NCBI GenBank assembly: GCA_963693365.1 | Contig: CAVNZM010000007.1 | Span: 8,367,962 to 8,431,961, forward strand | Length of the DNA stretch: 64,000 bases | Source of the DNA: Amoebidium appalachense | Lineage: Eukaryota; Protista; Ichthyosporea | Direction: 5' to 3' | Part shown: in pieces, positions 1-15,340 of the stretch | Layout of the letters: every line of letters begins with the position of its first letter | How positions within the stretch are numbered: the stretch's first letter is position 1 | Notes under the pieces: generated by a model | What the model was told of the DNA's origin: nothing | What the model saw: the letters and a program-made list of their open reading frames with translations, nothing else | The model's database searches: none | Made by a program: the position numbers and the translations under genes

Positions 1-869
1 TACCCCTTAGGCTGCAGGCTGAGTTCTGTGTTTCTAGTGTATTCACACGAGGGATATTCTCGTATTCTGTCACTGTGTTCTCTATCGTGTAAACAGCATG
101 CACGTGGTTTTTGAATAAGCGGCCGGGAACCAGGGATGGGAATGTGATGGAGTACACACATGACCTTGAACTGGGAGGTATATGCACACACACAGGCAAC
201 CCGTACACATGCTGCCGGCCATGTATAACTGCACGTATTATTTGCTGTGCGCTTCGAAAGAATGTACGATATGTTGCCCTAAAAATTTGAGTCACAGCGC
301 CGCGAGTTTGGGTACCTTGCATGTGTGCTTGACCGTGCAGGGATGTACGTGTGATTATGTCTGTGTGTATCAGCGGACTTGTGCATGTAGGTGTGTTGGT
401 ATGTGTCCCCCTGGTGCATATATCCCTTCCTTTTTTTTGAGCGCACTTGTGGCCCTCATTCCACATGTATATACCTGCATGATCCCACGTGTGCATGATG
501 TCATAAGCATATGTGCATGTGTGTTGTGTGTGTGTGTGTGCGTGTGTATGTGTGTGTGCGTGTGTGCGCGCGCATGCGTGCGTGTTTGTGTGTGTGTGTT
601 TATGTGTGTGGGTGTGTGCGTGTGCATATGAGTGTGTGCATGAGTGTGTGTGCACGTGTATGGGGCGCGCGTGCATGCGTGCGTGCGTGCGGGGGTGCGA
701 GCGTGTGTGGGCAATATGACCTGCGCCCTTGTGTGCGTGCGCGCTGGTGTGTGTTTGTGTGTGTGTGTCTCTGTGTGTGTGTGTGTGTGTGTGTGTGTCT
801 GTGTGTGCGTGTGTGCGTGTGTGTGTGTCTTGTGTGTGTGTGTGCGTGTGTGTATGGTGTCTGTGGGTC

Positions 870-943
<74 letters not shown>

Positions 944-1025
944 TGTGTTTGTGTGTGTGTGTGTATGAGGGCGGGTGTGTGTACTATGATGTGTGACTAG
1001 GCCTCTGTGCGTGTCACGGTATGTG

Positions 1026-1120
<95 letters not shown>

Positions 1121-1121
<1 letters not shown>

Positions 1122-1807
1122 CACAGTGCAGTGTGGGACGCTGTGGATGGTGGGATAGCAGGGCACCTACAGCCACACTTGGAATTTGCCGGGTTTGTGC
1201 ACTGAATGAATGCTTGCGTGCAGCCGGACACGCTGGTGCACGGGTAACACTGATGGGTCGTCTCAAGGAGGAAATGCCCGGGGTCACATGACGCGCACAC
1301 AGTACCCTTAGACCCATCTGGATAGACTATCTGATTGCATCCAAACCCAATAAGGGCCCAGAGGCCTGCATTGTTTTCAATGGATTGTATTGTTTTGTCA
1401 AATGCTGACTGTGAGCAAACGAGAGAAGTAAGCGATGTCTGCCAGTTCATTACGTCCAAATTTGCATCGTATACATGGTAGTCGTTTACGTTTGTGTGAG
1501 AGAGAGCTGCTATCTTTGCCAGAGTGTAACCGATTTTGAGAACACTCGTTTTGTTTCCTGCGACATTGAAGATAATCACGCCCCCGTGACATGCGTCGGA
1601 TGGGTTAGCAGTAAACGCACTTGGGTCAAACTGGCGTGTGGATGTGACCCGATGCGTCGAAATTGCCCCGTACTGGTCTGTTTTTGTCGGACTAAACGAT
1701 GTGGGGATGGTCACATATGTCACAGTTTGTGCGGCTGTTTCTGAGGTGGGATTGACAGCACCAGAAAAACTCGCCGTGAGGCCCAACACACACAAGGAGA
1801 GCTTCAT
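1121..1807 (-). CDS. Secreted Cys-rich protein, paralog A (signal peptide, Thr-rich stalk, uncharacterised core domain, TNFR-like Cys module), 228 aa as a single exon
   Basis: Non-repetitive ORF with a hydrophobic N-terminus (MKLSLCVLGLTASFSGA). It aligns along its length with the ORFs at 7197-7936 and 20064-20762 (GAISTHRVTSTRQF, ACHGGVIIF, DYHVYDA, LVC, CxxCxxGxFL, CxPC). The last ~17 residues may be intronic. Confidence 0.85.
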
Positions 1808-1984
1808 TTTCTATGATAGAGTTGGCTGCTTATATCCACAGTATACTTTTTGCTGGTTGAACTACTGGGATGATGATTATTCCTATTACCACCATGAATC
1901 CTTTCCGTCGCTCAGTACTATAGTATACTGAATGTTGGTGGTACAGTGTGGGCAATGTGTTGCCGCCGCGGCTGTGCGCCAAGG

Positions 1985-2085
1985 CTACTTCATTGGCGCC
2001 AAAAAAGTTCGACTGGCGTACCATTGGCTAACCTAAAATCTATATTCACCAATCAGCCCATTTGACAGATCTACACCAATCATAA
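1985..2085 (-). promoter_or_regulatory. CCAAT-box cluster upstream of paralog A
   Basis: ATTGG at ~1992 and ~2023, CCAAT at ~2049 and ~2076. The same clustering occurs upstream of the other two paralogs. Confidence 0.5.
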
Positions 2086-3002
2086 CGCATAGATAGCTAC
2101 CATATTTAGGCAAGAACATCAGTGGCCGCGGGCAGGTAGCTTGGTCGTTGGTACCCCATGGTATGTACCTGGGGTGTGTGCCCGGTCCGGCACCTATACG
2201 TGTATGGCATGCCCGACCTGTATGAGCACGTGCACGTTGTGGTACTCATCCACGTCGCTGTCGCTGTGCGTGTGTGTGTGCGTGTGTGCGTGCATCTTTC
2301 TCTCCTGTGTGCGCGGGTGTGCGTGTGTGCGTGTGCATGTGCGTATGCGTGTGCGTGTGCGTGTGCGTGTGTTTGTGTTTGTGTGTGTGTGTGTGTGTGC
2401 GTGCGTGTGTGCGCGTGTGCGTGTGTGCGTGCGTGTGTGTGCGCGCGCGTGTGTGTGTCAGTGTGCGTGTGTGTGTGCGCGTGTGCACGTGCGTACCTGT
2501 GTGGCCAGGTACTAGTAAGTGTTTATAGCCGCTTCCATAGTGCTTCATTGCAGTGCATTTTTTAATGTTTTTTCAACGCCCGTTGAAATAGTACATCCAT
2601 ATATAGCATTGAGCATAATATTGCACCCGTTGAGAAAATATGTGATAATAAACAATCTCTGCCCTATGAGCTCGAGTGAAGCTTGTCTTGGCATCAAGAT
2701 TCTTAAAAACCGCCACCAGATTGTTTAATAGATGGTAAGTAATTTTAAAAATCATTGAAATAAATATCCCTATGAAGTTGGTATCCAGCAAGAAACTAAA
2801 GCAGCCTTGGATGGGAAGCGCTGGCCTGTCTGTCCCCTTTCCCCCCTCCCCCCCTCCCCCCCCTCCCCCCGTCCCCCCCCCCCCCCCTCCCCCCCCCCCC
2901 CCCCCCCCCAAAACACACACCCCAATAGCCGAACTTTCTCCCCCTCCCCCCCCCCTCCCCAACCCCTCATCACCCAGTTTACATCGGCTCTTCCCTCCTC
3001 TC

Positions 3003-3092
<90 letters not shown>

Positions 3093-3136
3093 CCAACCCC
3101 TCATCATCCAGTTTACATCGGCTCTTCCCTCCTCTC

Positions 3137-3177
<41 letters not shown>

Positions 3178-3190
3178 CTCTCCCCCCCTC

Positions 3191-3227
<37 letters not shown>

Positions 3228-3623
3228 TTCAGGCTTGTCTAAGACCCAACCCACCTATCCCCTCATCACGTCCTGGACCCTCACCACTACTAAGCAACTA
3301 CTCCCTCGTGCAAGGCTTGACTGGCTTACACTAGGTTTCTTGCTGTCTCTAGATCTCGCTTGCAGTCCTTTCAAAAACTGAGAATCTGATTCGTTTTCCG
3401 CACTCCGCTCTCTCTCATGACTGTCACTCATTCCGTCTCCAACTTGAACGCAACTACAACAACACCCACAGACACATACACACACACACACACACCGTGT
3501 GCCACACACACAATTGGACACACACACACACAATGTCATGTGCACATACGCCGTGCACACATTCATGCGTGCACATACCCCATGCGGCACACACACGTGC
3601 ACACAACACACACACACACATGA

Positions 3624-3712
<89 letters not shown>

Positions 3713-3879
3713 GTGTGGCACATACAGACATACAACACACACACACACGCGTGCGCGCATACACATGCACACACCCACACACATTCTGCCCCCCCCCCCC
3801 CTCCCTTCTCTCTATCTCTTACCCCCTCTAGAGATCTCTCTCCCACCCCGTCTGTCTCTCTCTCTTCTTCTCCCCCTTC

Positions 3880-4090
3880 CCTGTGCCGGCGTGGCTGGGG
3901 TAGTAGTCCTGGGCAAAGGGCCCTTATAGTTAGGTTGTGAACGATGGTTTAGCTTAGCGTTGAACTCATAGATAGCACCTTACTGTCGGTGCTGTGTGGT
4001 AGACGGTAGTTTCCCTAGACTGCCCGCAAAAGGCTCTCCGGGAACAAAACGTGATTAAAAAATAAAAAAAATAGAAAGAATAAAAAAATC
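3880..4090 (+). mobile_element. SINE-like element / LINE 3'-tail copy with A-rich tail
   Basis: Aligns with the reverse complement of 4830-5030 (tactgtcggtgctgtgtggtagacggtag vs tacagtcggtgccatgtggaagacggtag; ctctccgggaacaaaacg vs ctctccgaagatcaaaacg). Followed by an A-rich run at 4057-4088. Confidence 0.55.
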
Positions 4091-4814
4091 TCCCCCTTCC
4101 CTATCTTTCTCTCTACTCTGAATGTTCTCATTCTTTGCCTTCCGAAGATCTAGAGTGAATCTCTCTCTCTGGATCTCTCTTTCTCTCTCCCTCCCGCACA
4201 CACGCACATACACACACACTCTTTAACTTTTTCTCTGCCGTCTTCCCCCTCTCCCCCCCTCACCCCCTGCCCCCCTAGTACCCCTCTCTCTCCCCCTCTC
4301 TGGCTCTAGCTCTCTCATTCTGGCTTACAAACACACTCAACTCGCTAACTCTCTTGTTCTTTCTTCTCCATCCTGCCTTACCTTCCCATTGTTGCAACCT
4401 GACACACACACCACTTTCAAGGTTGAATAGATAAAAACTTACGGCTCCGTAGTAATTCCTCTGTGATCGTGGTGGTCCAGAAGATCAACCCATCCAAGCA
4501 TTTTTCGCCTTTCCCTCACAGCCTGCCAATGACTGCCTGGTCGATATCATACATACGCAAGGTATTAAAATATATAAGTTGGATGGCATAAAGTTGAATG
4601 TCTCTCCTTTTGTCATCCTTCTCTCTGAAAATGGGAGCGCCTTTGTGAGGCCGCTACCATTCATAGGAAACGATATATTCATAGCAAATATTATGATACC
4701 CTTGGGAAAATATTGTCACTACAACACGGCATTTTGCTGTACATGTCGAACCGTGCACACACACAGTGACATGCACACGCAAACCCGCTTAAACACACGC
4801 ACACGCACACATGC

Positions 4815-5030
4815 ATTTTTTAATTTAAATAAACCCCGTTTTGATCTTCGGAGAGGCCACCCAGAGGCCCTCACAGGAGCTACCGTCTTCCACATGGCAC
4901 CGACTGTACCTTTGTTGGGGTTCTAAAGGTGCAAAACGCTAACCGTGAAGCTACCACACCGTTTCAAACCTAGCTACGAGTACACACTTAGCCCAGGGTT
5001 TACACCCCAACCTCGCCGGTGGGGGGTCAC
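4815..5030 (-). mobile_element. SINE-like element / LINE 3'-tail copy, inverted relative to the 3880 copy
   Basis: Diverged homolog of 3880-4060 on the opposite strand, ending in an AT/A-rich tail. Confidence 0.55.
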
Positions 5031-5248
5031 ACATATACACACGTACGATGGCTCTACACACATACGATGGCTCTACACACACCTAAGCAAATACCGTGAA
5101 AGACACACACGCACAACTTGTACACACTTGACTGTGACAGCGTCTACTGAGCACATACACATATGCACATTTACAAACACTAGCTCACCCACATTTGATA
5201 GTGGGTTCCAGCTGCTACAGACCCACAGATCCATACAGTCATACATAA

Positions 5249-5318
<70 letters not shown>

Positions 5319-6649
5319 ACATACACACACACACACCGAAACACCACGCACACACAGACACACACACACGGCAGTGACACGAAGATCAGCACAGACACAC
5401 ACAAGAAGTAAACGGGGCGGGGCCGGGGGGGGGGGGGGGGGGGGGGAGAGAGGGGGGGGGTGGAAGGGAGGAGGGGGGGAAGGGAGGAGAGGGGGGGGAG
5501 AGAGAGAGAGAAAGGGGGGGGGGGGGGAGGAAGCATCGGGGGGGGGGGGGGGGGGGGAGGGAGGGAAGGGAGGGAGGGAGGGGGGAGGGGAATTGGTTGT
5601 TGTGGTAGAAGCTGTAGCGTGGGAGAGGAAAAGTGGGGGGGGTCGTGGGTAGGGGGGGTAGGTGGGAAGTTGTGATCTGTGAAAATGTGCGCTACGCGAA
5701 GGAGTCAGGAGGGGCTATGTCACGGGGGGAAGAGGGGGTAGTGCCATTCCGGAGTTCTGACAGATTTAAGGGGCAAAACTTTGATAGACCGTGTTATTCC
5801 TTTTTTGTTTTTCAAGGAAAGGACGTGTAGGAAGAGTTATTCAGTACAAACAACGATGTTGGAAAGTAAAAATATGCAGATGTACCGATGTGAGAAAACG
5901 AGGAAGAGACGGGAAGATGGGGGGGGGGGGGAGGGGGGGGGGGGGGAGCACACGGGAACAGGGGGGGGGGGGAGGGGAGGGGGTAACTTGAATAAATTAA
6001 AAGGTCACTTGGGGGGGGAAGGGGGGATGGACTGGGAGAGGAAGGGTGAAGGGGGGGTTTACTCTTTGCTCTTGGTTTTTTTTTTTAAATGGGTGGGAGG
6101 AGACCGGGGGAGGAGGGGAGGGGGGGGGGTAGGGGGGAGGGGGAGAAGGGGGACACACACACACACACGAGAGGGAAGGGGGGGGGGGGGGGGTACTGAA
6201 GGGGAGTGGGGTGAAGGAGGGGAAGGGGGGGCAACATTGAGATTTTGGCGCATTTTTTCCAAGCCAAGGCATCTCGCTACATAACTGGTTGTGCAAGGGT
6301 CAGGTTTTTTTTTTTTTTTTAAGTTTTTGGGCAAGTGTTGGTATTGGTTTATTGTGGTGGTTTGAATTAAATTTACCATCAGCACGTGGTCGAAGAGCAA
6401 CTATGGCGCCAGAACATCACCAAAAAACCCAGTCAGGTGGTGGGGCCGCTGCAAACGTACACTATATACTTGTGTCTGATCTAATGAAGCTCTTATCATC
6501 AATTCTCGTACATTCACATTAACAACGCCGTCATAGGCTATACATTGCCTAACTTGCATGAGTTAAACATTGCCAATAAATCATTTTCACTCATATGTTC
6601 AGCACGTCAATTATTATACATACACACCGCCCACTTTACGCCTTCCACT

Positions 6650-7936
6650 TTACGCCTTCTTTTTAGACGCAGGCACACTCTTCTTTGCAGAGCACGTAGC
6701 ATTAGGGTCATTTGGAATCGTGCAAAGAATCTTGTCCTGAGCGCACCCAGTCAGAGGGCTGCATGGTTCGCACGGGCCTACCGCCTGAGCGTTCTGGTAG
6801 CCAAGGTTGCAGCTGTTGGCACCACAAGTCGGGTTGCCGCCAGTCAGATCATCGCAGACGTTGCCCTTGTCCTGGCAGTTGGTCACACCGGTGGTGGGGC
6901 ATAGGCTGCACTGGCCAGCAACATTACGGTAGGCACTGCGGGTAGGATGTTCGTGAGCAAAAATGCTTGTCGTTTATGCCAATTGGGTTGCACATAACCA
7001 TACCAGGCACCAACATATGTGGAAGGCACAGAATCAAACACATGTCCATGCACCCACACCTGTCTAATCATATATCCCGCATCACGAGATATCCACATAA
7101 CCAACACACCATGTCATCCTGTCGTTTGGTGTTGCTATTAAATAGCAAGGGTGGCGTCAAATATTCTACGTCTAAAACAAATCAGTGATCACTTACTAGG
7201 TAGCACAGCCGCCCAATTGGCACTTGAGAATATTGTCTTCGCAATAGGTCTGGCCGGCCTTGCACAGGTACAGCTGTGCATTGGGGTCGCAATCTGCACA
7301 AACAGAGTTGGTGGCATTCGTGCACGTCACGGCGCTGCAGCCCTGGACGGGTGTACACGGGTAGCAGTTGCCCGTTGCAGGCAGAAGGTACTCTCCGTCG
7401 AAGCACTGTGTGCATACGCGGCGAGAGGCACCGGCAGACGTGATGAAGTTGTTGCAGTAAGTGCCCACACCAATGTTCCAAAGGTTAGGAACAGTGATCA
7501 TAGAGTGCATGGTGGCATCGAAAGAGTCCTTGTTGCACACCAGGGCAGTGATGGTCGTCTCACCCAGCTTGGCATTGAAGTCTGCCTCGTACACGACATA
7601 ATCCGACCACTTTGTGCCGGAGATGCGGGCCACCTTGGCAATCCACATGCCAACGTACAGGGGGCTAGTGATGTCTCCGTCCGCAGTGAAGACAATAATG
7701 CCACCGGCACACCCAGCAGAGGGGTCAGGACGGAACGTAGTGGGGTTAATGTGACGTGTGGATGTGACCTTGTGCGTGGAAACGGCACCATAGTCGTCAG
7801 TGGCAGTGGGAATGTAGGTGGTTGTGTGTGTGTATTTGGGGGAGGGGTCGGGGGTAATTACGCTCGAGCTCGAGCTTGTTGGGTTGACTGCGAGAGCGGC
7901 CGAGGCTCCCATAAGGGCAAGGGCAAGGCGCAGCAT
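6650..7936 (-). CDS. Secreted Cys-rich protein, paralog B, 2 exons (7197-7936, 6650-6935), 341 aa, with extra TNFR-like Cys modules
   Basis: ATG at 7936 starts a signal peptide (MLRLALALMGASAALA). Donor TA|GTAAGT at 7196; branch-like CTCAC and acceptor cccgcag|T at 6936. Splicing of the 261-nt phase-2 intron gives in-frame ...GGCATYAYRNVAGQCSLCPTTGVTNCQDKGNVC...CEPCSPLTGC...KKKA*. Confidence 0.88.
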
Positions 7937-8046
7937 CTTCGATTCTTTCAACTACGATACAAACTTGTACTTTTTGTTTTTGTTTTGTGGTAATGGACAC
8001 CTCGAAATTGAGCCCGGCGTGTGATGAGAAGAGTGCGTGGAGGTGG

Positions 8047-8243
8047 TTTTTATATGCGGTGTCACATGCGCTGTTGGCGTGTTGATTCGAGGAGTGGCTT
8101 TGAAATCTCCTGCGAAGCGCCGCGATTGGGCGAAGTAACCAATGTAGCCAATCAAACAATGGATGGTTTCTAACTAACCAATCATAATTCGCTTAGGCTT
8201 ACCTTTACTGGAAGCCGTCACTCGTTACCTACATTTTGATTGG
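8047..8243 (-). promoter_or_regulatory. TATA box plus CCAAT cluster of paralog B
   Basis: TATAAAAA on the minus strand at 8047-8054, about 110 bp upstream of the ATG. Five CCAAT/ATTGG sites between ~8125 and ~8243. Confidence 0.6.
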
Positions 8244-8731
8244 CGAGCGGTGGGAAGTTGATGGGCGCGGGCGGATCCGGTGGCTTTTTTTGTTTTCTTT
8301 TGGGGAGGTTTTTACATGTACAGTAGATACCCATGTATAACAAAAAATTCATCATGAATAAAACAAATGGAAGCAATTTAAAAAATAATAATGAGAATGT
8401 CTTATAAAATCCGCGCGACTATCTCTCTGCATATGGTGTCACTTCTAAGTTCCAAAAGTACACTGCAGAAAAACACAGCACCGTTCTAGACTACCCGCAT
8501 CTAAGGTTCTGCAAGCGCTCGCACCGGGATCTGGATGCATGCGCATGCCGGCGACCGTTCATATACACGACTGATGCATACTGGCCAAGCCTCTCAGCCC
8601 TCCTTCCCCCCTTCCCCCCCCCCCCCCCCTTCCCCCCCTTCCCCCCCCCCTCCCCGGCCCAACAAACACACTCACACACTCACACACACGCCCCGGGGAG
8701 AGGAGGGAGGGGAGCGGGGGGGAGGGGGCGG

Positions 8732-8773
<42 letters not shown>

Positions 8774-9095
8774 TCTTGTGGATGCATACATGATGCCGGA
8801 ATCACATGGGCGAGTCAGGACACCCGAAGTTCATGATCATGGTTCATGCTAATACATTGTCCCGTGCCACACACGTGACGCAGTTTAATTTGGGATCGAT
8901 GTACGCTGACGTACTCAGGGTTTGCATTGATCCGGCGATGCTTGTAAGTACGGTAACAAACTCTACGTATCCCCCCTCTACCCCCTCTTCCCCCCCCCCC
9001 CCCCCCCCCCCCCCCCTTCCCCTCTCCCCCCTTTCCTCCCCCCTCCCCCCCCCCCCCCCCTCCCCTCTCACCCCAGCCTCCCCGTCGTACCAGTC

Positions 9096-9128
<33 letters not shown>

Positions 9129-9368
9129 CCCCCCCCCCCTCCCCCCCCCCTCCTCCCCCCTCCCCCTCCCTCCTCATTCCACCAGGAGCTCAAAGTTAAC
9201 TGAGAATTCGAGTTTTGAACTTCTCTCCGAAGGTCTTCAAATCGTCAGACTTTCTTGTGTCCAGTTTTTTTTTTCGATTTTTAGCTCTGCATCAAGAAAG
9301 CCCGAGCTTGGCCCGATCTTAGTGCTATTATGGTCTTGGTGCTATTATGAAGTTGCTCGATCGAGGTC

Positions 9369-9406
<38 letters not shown>

Positions 9407-9563
9407 ATTACCCCTTTCCTCCCCCTGGCCCTCCCAAAAAGAAAACAGAAAAGAAAACCGAAGACTGAAAGGGTGGGGAGGGGGGGGGGGGGGGGAGCCT
9501 CGGGGGAGCGGGGGTCCAGGAGGGTGGGACAGAGAGAGGGAGGAGGGGGGGGGGGGGGGGGGG

Positions 9564-9605
<42 letters not shown>

Positions 9606-10320
9606 TAGACAGAGAGAGAGGGGGAGGGGGGGGGAGAGGGAGAGAGAAGAGAGAGAGAGAGAAAGAGGGGGAGAGAGAGAGCCTTCGGGAGAGAGAGAGA
9701 GGGGGGGGGGGGGGGGGGGGAGAGAGAGAGAGAAAGAGAAAGAGAGTCTCGGAGAGAGAGGGAGGGTGCCACTGGGTAAGAGGGTGGCTGGGGGAAGGGG
9801 GGGGGGCTAGAAAGAAAGAGGTAAAGTCTAAAGAGTAAGAGAAAGGCAAAGAGGAGGGGGTGGGGGTAGGGGGGGGGGGGGGGGGAGGAGAGGAAGAACA
9901 GAGATCCGGGGGGGCAGGAGGGGGAGGGGTGGGGGGGAAGGGAGGGGGGCAGGGTGGGAGGAACTGGGGAGCGCCGGGGGCACTCTATGATTATTCACGA
10001 GCTTCCAAAGAATGTCCGAGGAAAAAACACCCTTGCCGAACTAAATCTAAATAATAGTATCAATATCATATTACAGTGTGTTGGTGACTAACAGCAACGG
10101 TACCTTGGCAACCTACTTAAGTGATAGATATTAATGGCCACATGTGGTTGATGAAGATGATCATACACCAACTTAGTAAAACGTCATATTATCAATTATT
10201 GTCCCCCGTTTTAGCATTATTCAATGATTCATGATGTTCTGCCAGACTGCTAGTTCGATTTCTTTTGATTTAAATTGCAACCCCATTCACCGTGCGCACT
10301 CGACAAAGTGTTCACCGTGT

Positions 10321-11003
10321 GAATGGATTCAACATACCCGGACATCGTAAATCATCACCCGCCTGTCCGCTTGTGCCCCGGACCACCCGCTCTTCCGGCT
10401 ACACGCATCCCCGCCGGACTCGCCCCTCTACCTCTTCCCTTCCACATCGTCTCTGCCCATTGTCGAGCGATATGCGGAATGGCTGGCGACCCCGCCGGAG
10501 GTACGGCTAGATCATAGTGTGAATATGAATAGTTTCAAGTCTATGGCTGATAGATATCTTTTTACTCTACGCGTCGAGTCCCTTCCTGTGTTAGGACCGC
10601 AAAAATACCAACTACTACTAGCCTATATGCCGGATACGGTTAGAGAGTCTCGTTCCTACATAGATTCGTTTATTCGTAATGTGGTGTGGTGTAAAAACGC
10701 AAAGATGATTATGGCTTGGCGGTGTAATCGGTTTCTGGTGTCTCCTGCTCGTATGTGTAATATGTTTGGGGGGCGGTTTACTCGCGGATGCATATCTTTC
10801 AATAAGTGTAACCTTTTAGCTAACGTAATAGAACCGGAGGTTATTGGCGGTTTTATTCAGTCTTTTCTCCCTCTCTTCCTCAATATATCCGTTTTAAAAT
10901 GACTATCTTAGATCACCTTATTAATGCTGCACAGTATGATATTGTGATACGGTGTCTTAGCTTTCTTTCGGAGCTACCAATGCTAGCCTCTGCTTACCCA
11001 TAA
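10321..11003 (+). mobile_element. Decayed 3' end of a non-LTR retrotransposon ORF
   Basis: Reading frame with stops and a frameshift: ...SPLYLF...YAEW...AWRCNRF...CNMFGGRFTRGC...C, then TILDHLIN in a shifted frame. Homologous to the 12.1-13.5 kb copies, which keep an intact CCHC knuckle. No RT domain is present in the window, so the class is inferred. Confidence 0.5.
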
Positions 11004-11097
11004 CATGTAATAGGGGTGTCGTATACTATGATGGCGCTAATTGTTGCCTAGCATGTGCATATGTCACTAGCTGCATTTGATTGGCTGCGCTGGAAAA

Positions 11098-11250
11098 CGC
11101 AGTAGGCCGTCGAGTGTGGCTGGGCCCCCGACAGTGTCCACGCAATAGAAAGTGTGTAAACCCCGGATATCGTAAATCAAGACTTGCCGCAACTTTAGAT
11201 AAGCACCCCCAACGTGGGCCCCGTCGTGTATTTTCACAGCTTTGATGGGA
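11098..11250 (+). repeat. Dispersed repeat, putative 3' UTR of the preceding retroelement
   Basis: gtaggccgtcgagtgtggctgggcccccgacagtgtccacgcaatagaaagtgtgtaaaccccgg matches the reverse complement of 44485-44557. Shares gtgtaaaccc and ctttaga..ccccaac with the 4830-5030 element. Confidence 0.6.
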
Positions 11251-11763
11251 CCATCCCTCCCCCCTCCCCCCCCTCCCCTCTCTCCCCGCCCTTCCCCCCC
11301 CCCCCCCCCCCCCCCCACCGGGCCCCCCCGGGCTCCCCTCCCCCGCCCCCTCCCCCCCCCCCCCCCCCCCCCCCCCCTCCCAAAAAAAAAAAAAAAAAAC
11401 CCACCCCCCGCCCTCAACCCCTCCTACTCAATGACACCTCTCTTGCTCAGATATACAAGGGTTTCTATCCTTGATCTATATCCCACCTTTTTGCTTTGTG
11501 TCTCTGTCAGTGATCTGCTCCATTCGCAAGTGAGCCTGACTTCCAACATCGTCGTGTTGCAGTTTCAAAGTTTCCTCAATAAAGTGAGAGATGGAGAGGC
11601 GCCATCACTACATGTGTGATTGTTTTGGGGCTTTTGTCACTGCGATTACTTTTGCCACCGTGTCGTCCGAAACCTGAGGAATTCTAATCTCACAGTTCAT
11701 GCAGCCCCAAGCAATGTATAAGTTGTCTATGTAGTTGGTCGAAATAAAAACACATTACAGTTG

Positions 11764-13308
<1,545 letters not shown>

Positions 13309-13589
13309 GTTAGACGACTGGCTTATTTAGATAATCCTGATAATACGTCTATTGAACTATCTCTTAAATCACCTCATGTTTAATGAGTTTTCTAGGGTGT
13401 ATGATTATATCAGTCGTTATCTCCTCCGTATCCGAGGGTAAGGACAGTTTTTTGTATCTTCTTTATCGAGATATCTGTGATATCTCGATTACCTCTATTT
13501 TAATGAGCATATCAATGAAAACAAAGCAAGCTTTAAATGCACAAAAAAGAATAAGAAGAAAAATTTGCTTGAGCCCTCCTCCTCTTCCC

Positions 13590-13624
<35 letters not shown>

Positions 13625-14240
13625 CCCCCGCGGACTGTTCCTCTAATATGCCTTTTCGGGCCGGAGAGGCTCCCCCTTCGGCATTAGCACTCAGAAGGTG
13701 TAGAACGAGTCTCAAAGTTGGACGATCCTGAAAGGTAAAACTATCCGGGAAAGCAGCCATCCCTGTTATTCGCTATCATTACACATTTGGGTAGCTTATT
13801 TATTTACATACTAAGAACCCCCTACCACACGGCCTCTTGGCAACCAAGCAAGGTATCTCGACAGGACATCTGGGCCCTATGCTGTATATTGTTTGTCACC
13901 CCTAACACCATTCCCTATTGCAACAGGCAGACACACTATCAAGTTACATTTATTCTTTATCACTGCACAAATCCTTCAAACTACCAACAGTCCCCCCCCT
14001 CTCTCTCCCCCCCCCCCCCCCCCCCAAAAAAAAAAAAAAAAAAAAAAAGAAAAGAAAAAAAACGTAGAGGAGGGAGGGGAGAGGGCGGGAGGGGGGGGGC
14101 CATCCCAACGGCAATCAGCGAAAGAGAAAACCAAATCCACCCGACCATTTTCAACGGTTACCACGGCAAACAAACACTGGTTCTTAGAAAAGTTTTGTTT
14201 TGTTTCCTTCTTATAGACAATCATTTCCGACGGTCATACG

Positions 14241-14281
<41 letters not shown>

Positions 14282-14563
14282 AAAAAAAAAAAGAATACTA
14301 AACAAATTAATAATGAATAAATCAATACTACATTTTACTTTTTGGAAACCTAAATAAAAACAAGATACTCGCTAGCCCTACCCTGGTGCTTCTTGTACTC
14401 AGCTGCCATCTACCATCACAACCCCTCCAAACATGTGGCCGCCGTGCATGTTCCTAGGGTCTTTGGACAGTCCTTGTCATGGCTCTAATGGCCCCACGGG
14501 GGAGGGGGTGGGGGGTGGGAGGGGGAGGGGGGTGTTTGGGGCCCAGGAGAGAGGGGGGCTTAC

Positions 14564-14644
<81 letters not shown>

Positions 14645-14669
14645 CGCGCGCGCGCGTGCGTGCGTGCGT

Positions 14670-14705
<36 letters not shown>

Positions 14706-14742
14706 ATGCGTGCGTACGTGCGTGTGTGGCTGAGTGCGTGCG

Positions 14743-14778
<36 letters not shown>

Positions 14779-14812
14779 CGTGCGTACGTGCGTGTGTGGC
14801 TGCGTGCGTGCG

Positions 14813-14895
<83 letters not shown>

Positions 14896-15340
14896 AATGT
14901 TGTGTGTGGTGGTTGCCGAGGTAGTAGGGGTGCTACTATTACTGGGGGCGGAAGGGGGGGTGGGGGGGAACTGAGGGCTCCAGAGGGGAAGGAAGGGATT
15001 CTAATGAAATGCCCCCTCCGGGGGGGAGGGGCAAGATGTGGAGGGGCCGAGGTACCGAGGGGGGGGGGAAGGGGGGGAGGGGGGAAGGGAGGGGGGCTCT
15101 GGGACAAACTGAATGAGCCTGGGGTTGGTGGGGGGGGGGGGGGGGGGGGGGGGGGGGGTGGGGGGAGAGGCATAATAAATCATAGGCAAGTCCGCCAATA
15201 GGAACATTCCACTGATCTGGGCGCGGTGCGTGTTCTTACAAAAGCCCCACTTGGCTGCTTGGCGTGTTCTTATTGACGGGGATCCTTAATTACGGACGGT
15301 ATTTGAACCGTGACTTTCCCAGTGACTCATTCTTTTACTA

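Noticed and set aside
3887-3915. gccggcgtgg..gtagtcc resembling the 7SL/Alu 5' end, and cc(t/a)cgc resembling an HDV-ribozyme loop on the other strand
   Set aside because: The match is short and not kept in the sister copy, and I could not build the required helices; left to an Rfam search.
7151-7993. Long antisense ORFs over real genes (7151-7993; also 20238-20774, 51678-52109, 58770-59381)
   Set aside because: They are shadows of sense-strand codon usage and show no recognisable protein features.
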